Shown here piece after piece: positions 27,444 through 36,794 of a stretch of 57,564 nucleotides of DNA. A model generated the notes under the pieces. It ran no database searches, was not told where the DNA came from, and worked only from the letters and a program-made list of their open reading frames with translations. Location of the stretch: positions 1-57,564 of the forward strand of contig CAZXGO010000006.1 of NCBI GenBank assembly GCA_964640035.1. Direction: 5' to 3'. How positions within the stretch are numbered: position 1 is the stretch's first letter; every line of letters starts with the position of its first letter. Source of the DNA: an uncultured Chitinophagales bacterium. Lineage in GTDB: Bacteria > Bacteroidota > Rhodothermia > Balneolales > CAYWCV01. A program made the translations under genes and the position numbers.

Positions 27444-28511
27444 ATGAAGCTCTTTCGTTTTATCATAGGAACATTTTTTTTTGTCCCATTACTTCAACCA
27501 GTTAAAATTAAAGCTCAATCCCCTCAAGACTTTGCTTCCATTACCATACTTAAAGAGGATTTAAATATTTTAGCTAATGGCTATTTTAGTCCTGTTTTAA
27601 AGTCTATTAACATAGGTATGAATACTACATGGATATCATCTGCAAAAACACATGATATATTTGGATTTGATCTACGAATAGGATCTAGTTTAGTCATTAT
27701 TCCAGGATCCGAACAAAGTTTTACTCCAATAGGCCTAGAATACGTTAAAGTTCCAACAGCAGTCTTACCCACACTTAGCGGTTTCTCTTCTTCTACACCA
27801 TTAGCTATTTCCATCCCCTCCACATCAGGATATAATCCAATCAGTGCAGAACTTGATTTTCCTGGGGGACTAGGATCAACCCTACCCATCAATGCCGTCC
27901 CTATTCCTTTTGGACAAATTGGTATAGGATTGATTCCAAATACTGACATTCTTTTTAGAGGAGTTCCTAATTCAGTTTCACACGACGTGGATCTTGGGTT
28001 AATAGGCTTCGGTGTCAAACATAAGCTAGGTCAATATGTTGGTATTCCACAGCTATCACCATATCAATTTGCTATTTTTGGCGCATATAGTGTGGCTTAT
28101 GTTTCAAAAAAACTTGCAGATTCTGAACAAATGGATACTTTCACACTATTTTTTGGCTCAGTATCAGAACCTTCCAGCTTGCGTCTAGAGACAGAATCAA
28201 AAACCATACAGTTTATTGGATCAATTGATCTACCTCTCATAACGGCCTATGCAACTATAGGTTATCAAAATGTTTCTAGTACTTTACTAGCCAGAGGCGA
28301 CTTTGGAGTTTTGTATCAGGGCAAAGTGAACGATCAACTCGTTAATTATGAATCAGTGATCAAGAATCCAGTTACCTTGTTAGTGAATACAAAATCAAAT
28401 TTTGTATCTCTCGGAGCTAAATTAAAAGTGCTATTCTTGCATTTCAATGGAGATTACACCTTTAGTGAATACAATACTATAAATGTAGGTGTTGCCCTAA
28501 CTTTTCGATAA
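27444..28511 (+). CDS. Hypothetical secreted protein, probable outer-membrane beta-barrel
   Basis: Signal peptide MKLFRFIIGTFFFVPLLQPVKIKAQ. The sequence is rich in alternating hydrophobic/polar stretches and has an aromatic-rich C-terminus (INVGVALTFR). The gene is visibly AT-rich compared with its neighbours. Confidence 0.6.
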   Translation: MKLFRFIIGTFFFVPLLQPVKIKAQSPQDFASITILKEDLNILANGYFSPVLKSINIGMNTTWISSAKTHDIFGFDLRIGSSLVIIPGSEQSFTPIGLEYVKVPTAVLPTLSGFSSSTPLAISIPSTSGYNPISAELDFPGGLGSTLPINAVPIPFGQIGIGLIPNTDILFRGVPNSVSHDVDLGLIGFGVKHKLGQYVGIPQLSPYQFAIFGAYSVAYVSKKLADSEQMDTFTLFFGSVSEPSSLRLETESKTIQFIGSIDLPLITAYATIGYQNVSSTLLARGDFGVLYQGKVNDQLVNYESVIKNPVTLLVNTKSNFVSLGAKLKVLFLHFNGDYTFSEYNTINVGVALTFR

Positions 28512-28528
28512 TTCATGTCATATAAATA

Positions 28529-28559
28529 AAAAGGCATCGATTTTGTCTCAATGCCTTTT
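28529..28559. terminator. Bidirectional hairpin terminator between convergent genes
   Basis: aaaaggcat / atgcctttt stem with a 13-nt loop, flanked by an A run on the left and a T run on the right. Confidence 0.7.
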
Positions 28560-28581
28560 GACGCATAAATAGTCAAAGTAT

Positions 28582-29067
28582 TTATAATTCAAACGTTTCG
28601 TCAATAAATACATCAAATAAAGTGCCTGGCTGAACTACAATATTTTTTCCTTTCACAACCAGGAACAATGGATTTACAACTACCGCAGCCGCTATAACTG
28701 CAGTAGTTCGTGACTTGCCATCACTACTACCAGTTTGTTGTGCTCTCAAACGTATTGGCCTATTATCACTAGGCAGATACAAGAAATCTACACTAAAATT
28801 GAGTTCACCTTTCCGACCAGCCATTTTGCTTTTTGTAGCTTCAGTAACCGTACCAACTACTCTTGCACCTTTTTGAACCACCACTCTGTCACCTGAAGTT
28901 ATGGGCTCAGCCAGTACAAAATCTATTCTGTTTCCAGCCTTTTCTTTTCCACTATCGAGAACCCGAGTAAGTTCAACCTTAATCATGGTGCCTTCGTAGA
29001 TGGTCGATTGGGCATAGCTTATGTTTACATACATAAGCATCATAAGTATAATTAATGTGGACTTCAT
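28582..29067 (-). CDS. Hypothetical secreted protein (161 aa)
   Basis: Signal peptide MKSTLIILMMLMYVNISYAQ and a beta-rich mature part. I recognise no family. AT-rich gene. Confidence 0.6.
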   Translation of the reverse strand: MKSTLIILMMLMYVNISYAQSTIYEGTMIKVELTRVLDSGKEKAGNRIDFVLAEPITSGDRVVVQKGARVVGTVTEATKSKMAGRKGELNFSVDFLYLPSDNRPIRLRAQQTGSSDGKSRTTAVIAAAVVVNPLFLVVKGKNIVVQPGTLFDVFIDETFEL

Positions 29068-29544
29068 AAATTGCGCCTCAAAGAGTTAAGGATTTTTTGT
29101 TTTTATAAGTGTATATCTTAATCTAATCTCAATTAATAAAAGATATAAACTATATCTGAATGTAAATTAAACAATCAAGCTTTTCAATAGCCATTATAAA
29201 AGCAAATAGTACTAGGTGTTAAATCTTATCCAAATAATTATTTACTGATAACCAAAAAATATTTATCTATATGATTTACAATAAGTTAAACACTTATTAT
29301 GATCGGATTATCGTAAATAAAAGAAGTGATTGAACAATATTAATTCTATATAAAAATAATTGATAATTGTTATTCTAACTATTCCTAGTGCTATATGTCT
29401 ATCGGTTTCGCAGAAAACTTCAATGAAACAAAGGTCCACTTATTTGGTATACTCTTTCTATTAGACCTATTTATTCATCGAATTAATTAAAATAGGTCGT
29501 TATTAGCTTCACTTACTACTGAACTGCGAGATCTGGGGAGAATT

Positions 29545-29895
29545 ATGTCGTCTGATTTTAGAAATCTAGAGATAGAACTAGAGTTGCCTATTGAAAAAAA
29601 TCTAGTTTTTGACACCTTTTTACATGTCGTTCCAAAAATCAAAGGGTTAAAAATTTCAAGTTCCGATAAAGTTTTTGGATGGATTGTGGTCAAAAGTGGA
29701 GAAAGTCTATTCTCCTGGGGTGAAAATATTCCGATCTATCTCAAGGAAATTGACAAAAACAACACCAAAGTAAAAATTACCTCATCCCCCAAAGTGGGCT
29801 TATCCTACGGAGGAGGTTGGCACGAAGATCATATTCGAAAAAACATGCAAGAAATCATTTCGGCTGCTTATGGCGTTTTACAAGCACACGCATAA
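29545..29895 (+). CDS. Hypothetical protein (116 aa)
   Basis: The ORF is preceded by a GGGGAG Shine-Dalgarno-like sequence 5 nt upstream. It has no signal peptide and no recognised family. AT-rich gene. Confidence 0.55.
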   Translation: MSSDFRNLEIELELPIEKNLVFDTFLHVVPKIKGLKISSSDKVFGWIVVKSGESLFSWGENIPIYLKEIDKNNTKVKITSSPKVGLSYGGGWHEDHIRKNMQEIISAAYGVLQAHA

Positions 29896-29967
29896 ACACC
29901 ATCTTATCGGTGTGACCTGATTTGAAACATACGTGATTGCTCTTCGGTTTTTCCGTAACTTAAAAAG

Positions 29968-30636
29968 ATGCAATCCCATCCATCAACATACGGGTCCTTT
30001 GAGGCTCAACAGGTTCAGGCAGCCGTTGAGGCTCTAATTTTTGCCTCAGGTGAACCTCTTGATGCATCCACGATCGTGGCAACCTTACGTGAAGCCGATG
30101 AGCAGCTTGAAATCACCGACCAGGATGTGGATCAACTCGTTGATAGCATCAATCGTGAGCTTTTGGATCAACACCGTCCATATAGCATTGAGATGATTGC
30201 CGGAGGCTATAGTTTTGTAACGCGTACTGAACAACATCGATGGTTGCGCATCATCCAGCATCGTAATGCTGCCCGTCGACTCTCCCAATCAGCCATTGAA
30301 TCACTTGCGGTGATTGCTTACAAACAACCTATAACCAAACCTGAACTCGACCTTATTCGAGGGGTCGACTCCGGGTATGTCGTACGTACTCTTCTGGAAA
30401 AAGATCTCATCGAAGTTGCCGGGCGCGCAGAAACACCAGGTCGGCCCTTGTACTACCGCACTTCAGACACCTTTCTTCAACATTTTGGCCTTAATTCCGT
30501 ATCCGAACTCCCCAAACCTCGTGAAATCGAAGAAATTCTCAAGGATGACGATATGGCCGAACATCGACAGCTCATGCTCGAACTTAAAGCCGAACTCGAA
30601 CGGCAACAGAATCCGGCCCAACCCTCTGAATCCTAA
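29968..30636 (+). CDS. scpB: Segregation and condensation protein B
   Basis: VEALIFASGEPL..., IAGGYSFVTR, LAVIAYKQPITKPELDLIRGVDSGYVVRTLLEKDLIE, GRPLYYRTSDTFLQHFGL. Confidence 0.9.
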   Translation: MQSHPSTYGSFEAQQVQAAVEALIFASGEPLDASTIVATLREADEQLEITDQDVDQLVDSINRELLDQHRPYSIEMIAGGYSFVTRTEQHRWLRIIQHRNAARRLSQSAIESLAVIAYKQPITKPELDLIRGVDSGYVVRTLLEKDLIEVAGRAETPGRPLYYRTSDTFLQHFGLNSVSELPKPREIEEILKDDDMAEHRQLMLELKAELERQQNPAQPSES

Positions 30637-30644
30637 TATCTCGT

Positions 30645-32108
30645 ATGACTTCAAACGACCGCTCAACGTCCGACCCATCTGGTCAGGATGGTGATTCATC
30701 TGATAAAAAGCGCAAGTCCCGTATTCCCAAAAAAGGATACAAACCACCACCCTTTGAAGCCTCTACTGAATCAGATCGTCGCCGTGGACCCCGTTCCGGT
30801 GCTACTCATCCAGGCGCTAGACGTTCCTTTGATCGAAGCGATAGGCCAGCGTCAGACCGTCCAAAGAGATCCTTCGATCGCAGCGATCGTCCTACAACAG
30901 GCGATCGGCCAAAACGCAGTTTCTCCCGTGATAGCGATAAACCAGCCTTCAGTCGCGACGATCGCCCTAAACGATCGTTCGATAAAAAACCACGCAGCTT
31001 CGAAGATCGACCAGAACGTAGTTTTGACCGAAGTGAACGACCCAAACGTTACTTCGACCGAAGCGATAGGCCAGTGTCAGACCGTCCAAAGAGATCCTTC
31101 GATCGTAGCGACCGCCCTCGGTCAGATCGTCCGAAACGATCGTTTGAACGCGAAGATCGTCCTTCAACCGGAGATCGCCCAAAACGTAGTTTCACCCGCA
31201 ATGGCGACAAACCCGCCTTCAACCGCGACGAACGACCCAAACGCTCCTTTGGTGATCGTAAACCGGCACGAGATTCCTTCAAAGGATTTGGACCCAAAGG
31301 CATCGGTAAACGCAAAGAAGAAACGAATACACCATTTCGTAAACGGGATTTTCAGGAGCCTGCTAGTGAAGTTCGTCTCAACAAATACATCTCCCATAGT
31401 GGTGTTTGCGCACGGCGAGAGGCCGATGACCTAATCGTAGCCGGCAAAGTGAAAGTGAATGGTAAGGTCGTAACCGAACTTGGAACGCGTGTCATGACCA
31501 CCGATGTCGTCATTGTTAACGATGTTACCATCCGTTTTGAGCCCTTCAAATACGTGCTTATGCACAAACCCAAAAACACCATTACGACAACCAGTGATGA
31601 AAAGGGTCGCAAGACGGTCATGGATGTGATCGAATCCGAAATTGGTGAACGCGTATACCCAGTTGGGCGCCTTGATCGAAATACAACAGGGGTACTTTTG
31701 CTCACCAATGATGGTGATCTTGCCAATCGACTCATGCATCCCTCCTACACAGTTAACAAGGTGTATCAAGCCGAGTTGAATCGAATTATTACGGAAGATG
31801 ATGTGCGCCAACTGGAATCCGGAATTCAACTTGAAGATGGACCTGCGAAGGCGTATCATGTGCAAATAGGCACATTGGATCCACGTAGTGTTCAGCTCAC
31901 TGTTCATGAAGGTCGAAACCACCTGGTTCGCAGAATGTTCGAGGCTCTGGGTGCCGAAGTAATTACATTGAAACGCAGTGAATTTGCCGGATTGGTGCTG
32001 GGAGATATTCGCCCAGGTCGCTGGCGTTTTCTCAAGATGAAAGAAGTTAACACCCTTCGCACAAGGGTTAAGTTACCCGAACTTAACATAAACGATCGAA
32101 TGTCATGA
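30645..32108 (+). CDS. rluB: 23S rRNA pseudouridine synthase (RluB/RsuA family) with a repetitive basic N-terminal extension of about 235 aa
   Basis: S4 domain (VRLNKYISHSGVCARREADDLIVAGKVKVNG) and catalytic core (GRLDRNTTGVLLLTNDGDLANRLMHP, EGRNHLVRRMF). The N-terminus is built from DRPKRSF-type repeats. Confidence 0.9.
   Translation: MTSNDRSTSDPSGQDGDSSDKKRKSRIPKKGYKPPPFEASTESDRRRGPRSGATHPGARRSFDRSDRPASDRPKRSFDRSDRPTTGDRPKRSFSRDSDKPAFSRDDRPKRSFDKKPRSFEDRPERSFDRSERPKRYFDRSDRPVSDRPKRSFDRSDRPRSDRPKRSFEREDRPSTGDRPKRSFTRNGDKPAFNRDERPKRSFGDRKPARDSFKGFGPKGIGKRKEETNTPFRKRDFQEPASEVRLNKYISHSGVCARREADDLIVAGKVKVNGKVVTELGTRVMTTDVVIVNDVTIRFEPFKYVLMHKPKNTITTTSDEKGRKTVMDVIESEIGERVYPVGRLDRNTTGVLLLTNDGDLANRLMHPSYTVNKVYQAELNRIITEDDVRQLESGIQLEDGPAKAYHVQIGTLDPRSVQLTVHEGRNHLVRRMFEALGAEVITLKRSEFAGLVLGDIRPGRWRFLKMKEVNTLRTRVKLPELNINDRMS
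30822..31255 (+). repeat. Internal tandem duplication / DRPKRSF repeat region inside rluB
   Basis: gaagcgataggccag(c/t)gtcagaccgtccaaagagatccttcgatcg(c/t)agcga occurs at about 30835 and about 31060. At protein level, (D/E)RPKRSF recurs about 9 times. Confidence 0.85.
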
Positions 32109-32983
32109 GTTTTGCAGTCCGTAAAGAACAAGGATCCATACTATCCACCGAGGGTTTACCCATTCGTTACGATCTCTACCTGCCTCGTCCGGCACAGGAA
32201 AGCCTCCCTGTAGTTATCTTTGTTCATGGATTTATGGGCTTCAAAGACTGGGGTCCATTTCCTGATGTATGCTACGAACTTGCCAGTCAGGGTTTGGCTG
32301 TTGTCGCGATGAACTTCAGCTTGAATGGTATGAGTGGCCACGCCGACGTTTCTGATACCTTTGACCAACCCGAACACCTCGAACGCGAAACGTTCTCCCA
32401 GGATCTTCAGGATATACGATCCGTGATCGATGCTATCATCAGCGGGGAAATCAGTGGACCTCAGGAAACCCTCGACCAATATCGAATGGGCATCATTGGT
32501 CATTCACGAGGCGGACACTGTGCTATCGTGGCAGCAGCAGAATTCGATGAAATTATAAGTTTAGTCACCTGGGCAGCAATTGCCGATTACACTCAGCGCT
32601 GGGGTGAGAAACTGAAAAATGAGTGGGAATCACAAGGCTACACCGAAGTCAGTAACAGTAGAACAGGTCAGGTTTTCAAGGTCAAAAAAGTAGTTTATGA
32701 CGACTTGCGAAACAATGCTGATAAGTTATTAGCCATTAATCGGGTACGAGAACTCTACATTCCATGCATGTTTATACATGGAAAGAATGATGAATCGGTT
32801 CCCCATACGGAACTCAACCACTTATACGAAAACTGCCCAAGTTCCGACAAAAAGAAACTTCTAATCGAAGGGGCTGATCACACCTTCGGCGGGGCACATC
32901 CTCATACGGATGAAGAGCTACCACAAAAATTTCTGGAAGTTCTCGAAGCAACCACCGATTGGTTCCGGGAAACACTGAAATAA
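32105..32983 (+). CDS. Alpha/beta hydrolase (dienelactone-hydrolase/BAAT-like)
   Basis: Nucleophile elbow GHSRGG, C-terminal HGKNDESVP and GADHTF. The ATG overlaps the rluB stop (ATGA). Confidence 0.8.
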   Translation: MSFAVRKEQGSILSTEGLPIRYDLYLPRPAQESLPVVIFVHGFMGFKDWGPFPDVCYELASQGLAVVAMNFSLNGMSGHADVSDTFDQPEHLERETFSQDLQDIRSVIDAIISGEISGPQETLDQYRMGIIGHSRGGHCAIVAAAEFDEIISLVTWAAIADYTQRWGEKLKNEWESQGYTEVSNSRTGQVFKVKKVVYDDLRNNADKLLAINRVRELYIPCMFIHGKNDESVPHTELNHLYENCPSSDKKKLLIEGADHTFGGAHPHTDEELPQKFLEVLEATTDWFRETLK

Positions 32984-33010
32984 CGGCTTCAATGAGTATG
33001 ATCAACTACC

Positions 33011-33757
33011 ATGAGTATACTCACCTTTGAAGGTTATCCTCTTTACCTGAATCGCCGTCGAGGACAACGAACCCTTCGATTATCGGTCAAAAATGGGGAG
33101 ATACGTCTTTCTGGACCAGCACTGGTCACCCATTCAGAAATGCTTGAATTTCTCGAAAGCAAGCGAGAGTGGGTTTTGGGAATTTTAGAACGTAATACTC
33201 ATCGTAAGCGTGAGCTTCTGCATCCTCACCATGGTCCATTTGAGCCGGTACTCTATCTTGGGGAGCAAAAACCGATAGTTATTATTGCAAACCCCAGCTT
33301 ACCTGAAGATCGTGTTCATGTTGACATTGAAGGGGATCAACTTGTAATCAGGCCTCATCACTGGAGTCCGGATTGGGCTGACTCAGCCCAGAATAGGGAA
33401 GGGATTCATGATATTGTACGCCGATGGTTGCAAGCGCATGCCCGAAAACAGCTCACCAGTCGTGTTGAACAACTAGCCAATGAACATGGTTTTAGGTACA
33501 CACGCCTCTTTATTCGGTCTCAGACCACAAAATGGGGAACCTGTTCGAGCAAAAAGAATCTCTCCTTGAACTGGAAACTGATTCAATGCCCACCTCATGT
33601 AATCGATTATCTCATCATTCATGAGCTATGCCATCTACGGGAGATGAACCATAGTGAGCGTTTTTGGGCCTTAGTTGCCAGTTTGTATCCCGACTACAAA
33701 ATTTCCGAAGGATGGCTCAAGCGCTATGGTTCAACCATCTTTCAGAATTACGCCTAG
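33011..33757 (+). CDS. YgjP-like M48/DUF45 (SprT-like) metal-dependent hydrolase
   Basis: RWGSC-type block TKWGTCSSKKNLSLNWKL and the zinc motif YLIIHELCHLREMNHSERFW. Confidence 0.85.
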   Translation: MSILTFEGYPLYLNRRRGQRTLRLSVKNGEIRLSGPALVTHSEMLEFLESKREWVLGILERNTHRKRELLHPHHGPFEPVLYLGEQKPIVIIANPSLPEDRVHVDIEGDQLVIRPHHWSPDWADSAQNREGIHDIVRRWLQAHARKQLTSRVEQLANEHGFRYTRLFIRSQTTKWGTCSSKKNLSLNWKLIQCPPHVIDYLIIHELCHLREMNHSERFWALVASLYPDYKISEGWLKRYGSTIFQNYA

Positions 33758-33813
33758 GTTGTGTAGTTCTAATCTCACGTTTTGAGTACAGGCCTACTTG
33801 TTCGAGGTACCCT

Positions 33814-34149
33814 TCATTCTTCCTCGATAATATCAACAACGGTTGCTTCGCCTTCAACTTCGCGATTGCTTTCTTCGTCGTAGCGTTCAACGACGATGGT
33901 GCAATCGGTCATCATCATCGCAAAAAAAGCGATGGTACTCAGGAATGGGGTTAAAATGCTGAGGGCTCCGGCTCCGGCTACACCCACCGTGAGTGGCACT
34001 TCAAGGAGGGTTTTACCCTTCGAATTCCGAATGATGGCTCGTCGCGTATTACCATCTTCGGCGAGTTCTTGCAGACGCTTTAGGAGCTGATCGCCTGTAG
34101 TCTTGATTTCTTCAAAGGTTGTTTTTGCTTTGTCTTTGTACTCGTTCAT
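33814..34149 (-). CDS. DUF4342-like small protein
   Basis: 111 aa. The pattern RRAIIRNSKGKTLLEVPLTVGVAGAGALSILTPFLSTIAFFAMMMTDCTIVVER matches the DUF4342 pattern as I remember it. Confidence 0.6.
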   Translation of the reverse strand: MNEYKDKAKTTFEEIKTTGDQLLKRLQELAEDGNTRRAIIRNSKGKTLLEVPLTVGVAGAGALSILTPFLSTIAFFAMMMTDCTIVVERYDEESNREVEGEATVVDIIEEE

Positions 34150-34236
34150 ACTTTTTTCACTTTTTCTTCATGTTTGGCGTAAGGAATGTGTTTGGCATGT
34201 CTCTTATCTACGTAAACCTTTACTAAAAGATACATC

Positions 34237-35781
34237 ATGCACGCACATGTTTTTTGTGCATCTACCTTTGGAGTGGATGCTCATCTTGTGGATGTTGAGG
34301 TCCACAGTCGTCCTTTTGGAACCCCATCATATCTACTGGTTGGATTACCCGATCGAGCTATTTCTGAATCCTATGCCCGAATAGATACTGCCATCCGCAG
34401 CACCGGGTATACGATGCCGGAAGGACGAAAGACCGTCAATTTGGCTCCTGCAGATGTTCCCAAAGAGGGATCGGCTTTTGATCTGCCGATAGCTGTCGGA
34501 CTTCTGGCTGTATCAGACTTGGTGAATCGAGGTTTATTGAAAGAGACGCTCATTATGGGTGAATTAGCACTCGATGGAAGTTTGCGCCCAGTAAAGGGAG
34601 TTCTTCCCATAGCTACAGAAGCATTGCGACGAGGATTTCGGTCAATACTTTTACCTAAAGCTAATACCAGGGAGGCTGCTGTAGTTGAAGGTATTCGGGT
34701 ATATGGTTTTGAGTGTTTACAAGAGGTTATTGCGTGGTTAAATGCCCCCGACCTCTACGAGCCTGAACGGGTAGATCTTGCCGGGATGTTTGAAACGTCA
34801 ACGCCATCCGAACTCGATTTTAAGGATGTCAGAGGGCAGGAGAGCGTGAAACGAGCTATGGAAATTGCTGCTGCTGGGGGCCATAACATCCTACTCGTCG
34901 GACCCCCCGGATCCGGCAAAACCATGCTTGCACGCCGGATACCGGGAATCCTTCCCCCTATGCAGCTCAATGAATCATTGGAAACCACAAAGATCCATTC
35001 AGTGTCGGGACTCCTTGTTGGAAATAGCACTACGGCTGGTCTGGTAACCCATCGACCGTTCCGATCACCTCATCATAGTGTCTCGTCGGTAGCTTTGGTT
35101 GGCGGGGGTAGTATCCCCATGCCTGGAGAAATATCATTGGCTCATAATGGCGTGCTTTTCCTAGATGAGCTGCCAGAATTCCAGCGAAATGCACTCGAGG
35201 TACTACGTCAGCCCCTCGAAGATGGTTGCGTGAATATCTCCAGAGCTCGAATGAGTGTGACCTATCCCGCACGCTTCATGCTGGTAGCATCAATGAATCC
35301 ATCTCCAGCCGGCGATTGGCCCGTTCCCGACGATATCAAAGGCATGACGGAGGCCCTAAAGTATCGTTCCAGGATTAGCGGCCCATTGATGGATCGTATT
35401 GACCTCCATGTTGAAGTTCCCAAGGTTAGTTTCGACGAACTGGCTGCACGTAGTAATGGGGAGGGTTCTGAAAGTATTCGCGCACGCGTTGTGGCAGCAC
35501 GCAACCTTCAGGAACTTCGGTTTCGGGGGCACACTGGGATCTACTGCAATGCACAGATGCACCCCAGGCTAGTACGTCAGCATTGCCGGCTAGATGAAAC
35601 CGGTACAGCACTATTGAGAACCGTGATGCAAACACTAAAACTATCGGCCCGGGCTTACGACCGCATTCTAAAGGTAGCCCGCAGCATTGCCGATCTGGCA
35701 GGTAGTGACAGTATCAAAGCAGAGCATGTGGCTGAAGGCGCTCAATACGTACGAAACAAAGCTGATGAAATAAAAAGCTAA
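34237..35781 (+). CDS. comM: YifB/ComM family Mg-chelatase-like AAA+ ATPase
   Basis: Lon-protease-like N-domain, Walker A GPPGSGKTMLARR, GVLFLDELPEF, and the C-terminal SARAYDRILKVARSIADL. Confidence 0.92.
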   Translation: MHAHVFCASTFGVDAHLVDVEVHSRPFGTPSYLLVGLPDRAISESYARIDTAIRSTGYTMPEGRKTVNLAPADVPKEGSAFDLPIAVGLLAVSDLVNRGLLKETLIMGELALDGSLRPVKGVLPIATEALRRGFRSILLPKANTREAAVVEGIRVYGFECLQEVIAWLNAPDLYEPERVDLAGMFETSTPSELDFKDVRGQESVKRAMEIAAAGGHNILLVGPPGSGKTMLARRIPGILPPMQLNESLETTKIHSVSGLLVGNSTTAGLVTHRPFRSPHHSVSSVALVGGGSIPMPGEISLAHNGVLFLDELPEFQRNALEVLRQPLEDGCVNISRARMSVTYPARFMLVASMNPSPAGDWPVPDDIKGMTEALKYRSRISGPLMDRIDLHVEVPKVSFDELAARSNGEGSESIRARVVAARNLQELRFRGHTGIYCNAQMHPRLVRQHCRLDETGTALLRTVMQTLKLSARAYDRILKVARSIADLAGSDSIKAEHVAEGAQYVRNKADEIKS

Positions 35782-35805
35782 AAAAAGCTAGGAGGAGGTG
35801 GCCTT

Positions 35806-36750
35806 TTATTCGTGCTCTGCAAGCCAGCGCTCTGCATCCAAAGCTGCCATACACCCTGTTCCTGCAGCAGTGATAGCCTGTCGATACACAGCATCCTGAG
35901 CATCACCACATGCAAAAATACCCTCAACATTCGTATAGGTGCTCCGATCTTTTGTTTTGATGTAGCCGGTCTCGTCCATGTCAAGAACATCCTTAAAGAG
36001 ATCCGTATTAGGCTTGTGTCCAATAGCCATAAACACACCGGTTACATCATCGAGATGCGTGAGGGTGTTGTTGTTCACATTGCGGAGCATAATACCCTGA
36101 ACGACCTTATCACCCTTAATTTCCTCGACAATGGTGTTATAAGCAACCTCAACTTTTGGATTTTCCAATACGCGAGTTTGCATCACTTTAGAGGCGCGGA
36201 ATTCATCACGACGATGTACCAGGGTTACTTTGGAGGCAAACTTGGTTAGAAAACTGGCCTCTTCCATCGCTGTATCTCCACCGCCAACAACTACTACGTG
36301 TTGGTTACGAAAGAAGGCCCCATCACAGGTGGCACAGGCCGACACCCCATAACCACGCAGACGGGTCTCGCTTTCGATATTCAACCATTTTGCGGAGGCT
36401 CCAGTAGCTACGATGAGGGCTTTGGCGTAGACAGTATAGTCATCGTCGATCGTTAGCTTAAACGGACGCTGAGTAGTGTCGACATCTGTGACGAAGCCAA
36501 AACGGGTGTCGGCACCAAAGCGGTTGGCTTGTTCGCGGAACATGTTCATCATCTCCGGTCCCATCACACCATTGGGAAACCCGGGATAATTTTCGACATC
36601 TGTGGTGGTCATAAGCTGACCGCCGGGCTCAGAACCCTCAAAGACAAGGGGCTTCAGGTCGGCACGTGCGGCATAGATGGCAGCGGTGAAACCGGCAGGT
36701 CCACTGCCCATGATCACTACTTCAAAGGTCTTATTTGCTATGTCTGTCAT
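35806..36750 (-). CDS. trxB: Thioredoxin-disulfide reductase
   Basis: GSGPAGFTAAIYAAR, redox-active CATCDG, GGGDTAMEEA, FACGD. Confidence 0.95.
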   Translation of the reverse strand: MTDIANKTFEVVIMGSGPAGFTAAIYAARADLKPLVFEGSEPGGQLMTTTDVENYPGFPNGVMGPEMMNMFREQANRFGADTRFGFVTDVDTTQRPFKLTIDDDYTVYAKALIVATGASAKWLNIESETRLRGYGVSACATCDGAFFRNQHVVVVGGGDTAMEEASFLTKFASKVTLVHRRDEFRASKVMQTRVLENPKVEVAYNTIVEEIKGDKVVQGIMLRNVNNNTLTHLDDVTGVFMAIGHKPNTDLFKDVLDMDETGYIKTKDRSTYTNVEGIFACGDAQDAVYRQAITAAGTGCMAALDAERWLAEHE

Positions 36751-36794
36751 GATACTAGTCTGTTAGTTTTATTATGAGATAAAGGTACGGATTT

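Noticed and set aside
29487-29693. A 68-aa minus-strand ORF spanning the start of the 116-aa gene.
   Set aside because: It overlaps the better-supported + strand ORF, which has a GGGGAG ribosome-binding site. It is an AT-rich chance ORF.
30688-31434. A 248-aa alternative-frame ORF, plus several antisense ORFs, over the 5' part of rluB.
   Set aside because: They are a by-product of the DRPKRSF nucleotide repeats, which lack stops in other frames. There is no independent start context or recognisable domain, and the rluB frame continues into a bona fide S4/pseudouridine synthase.
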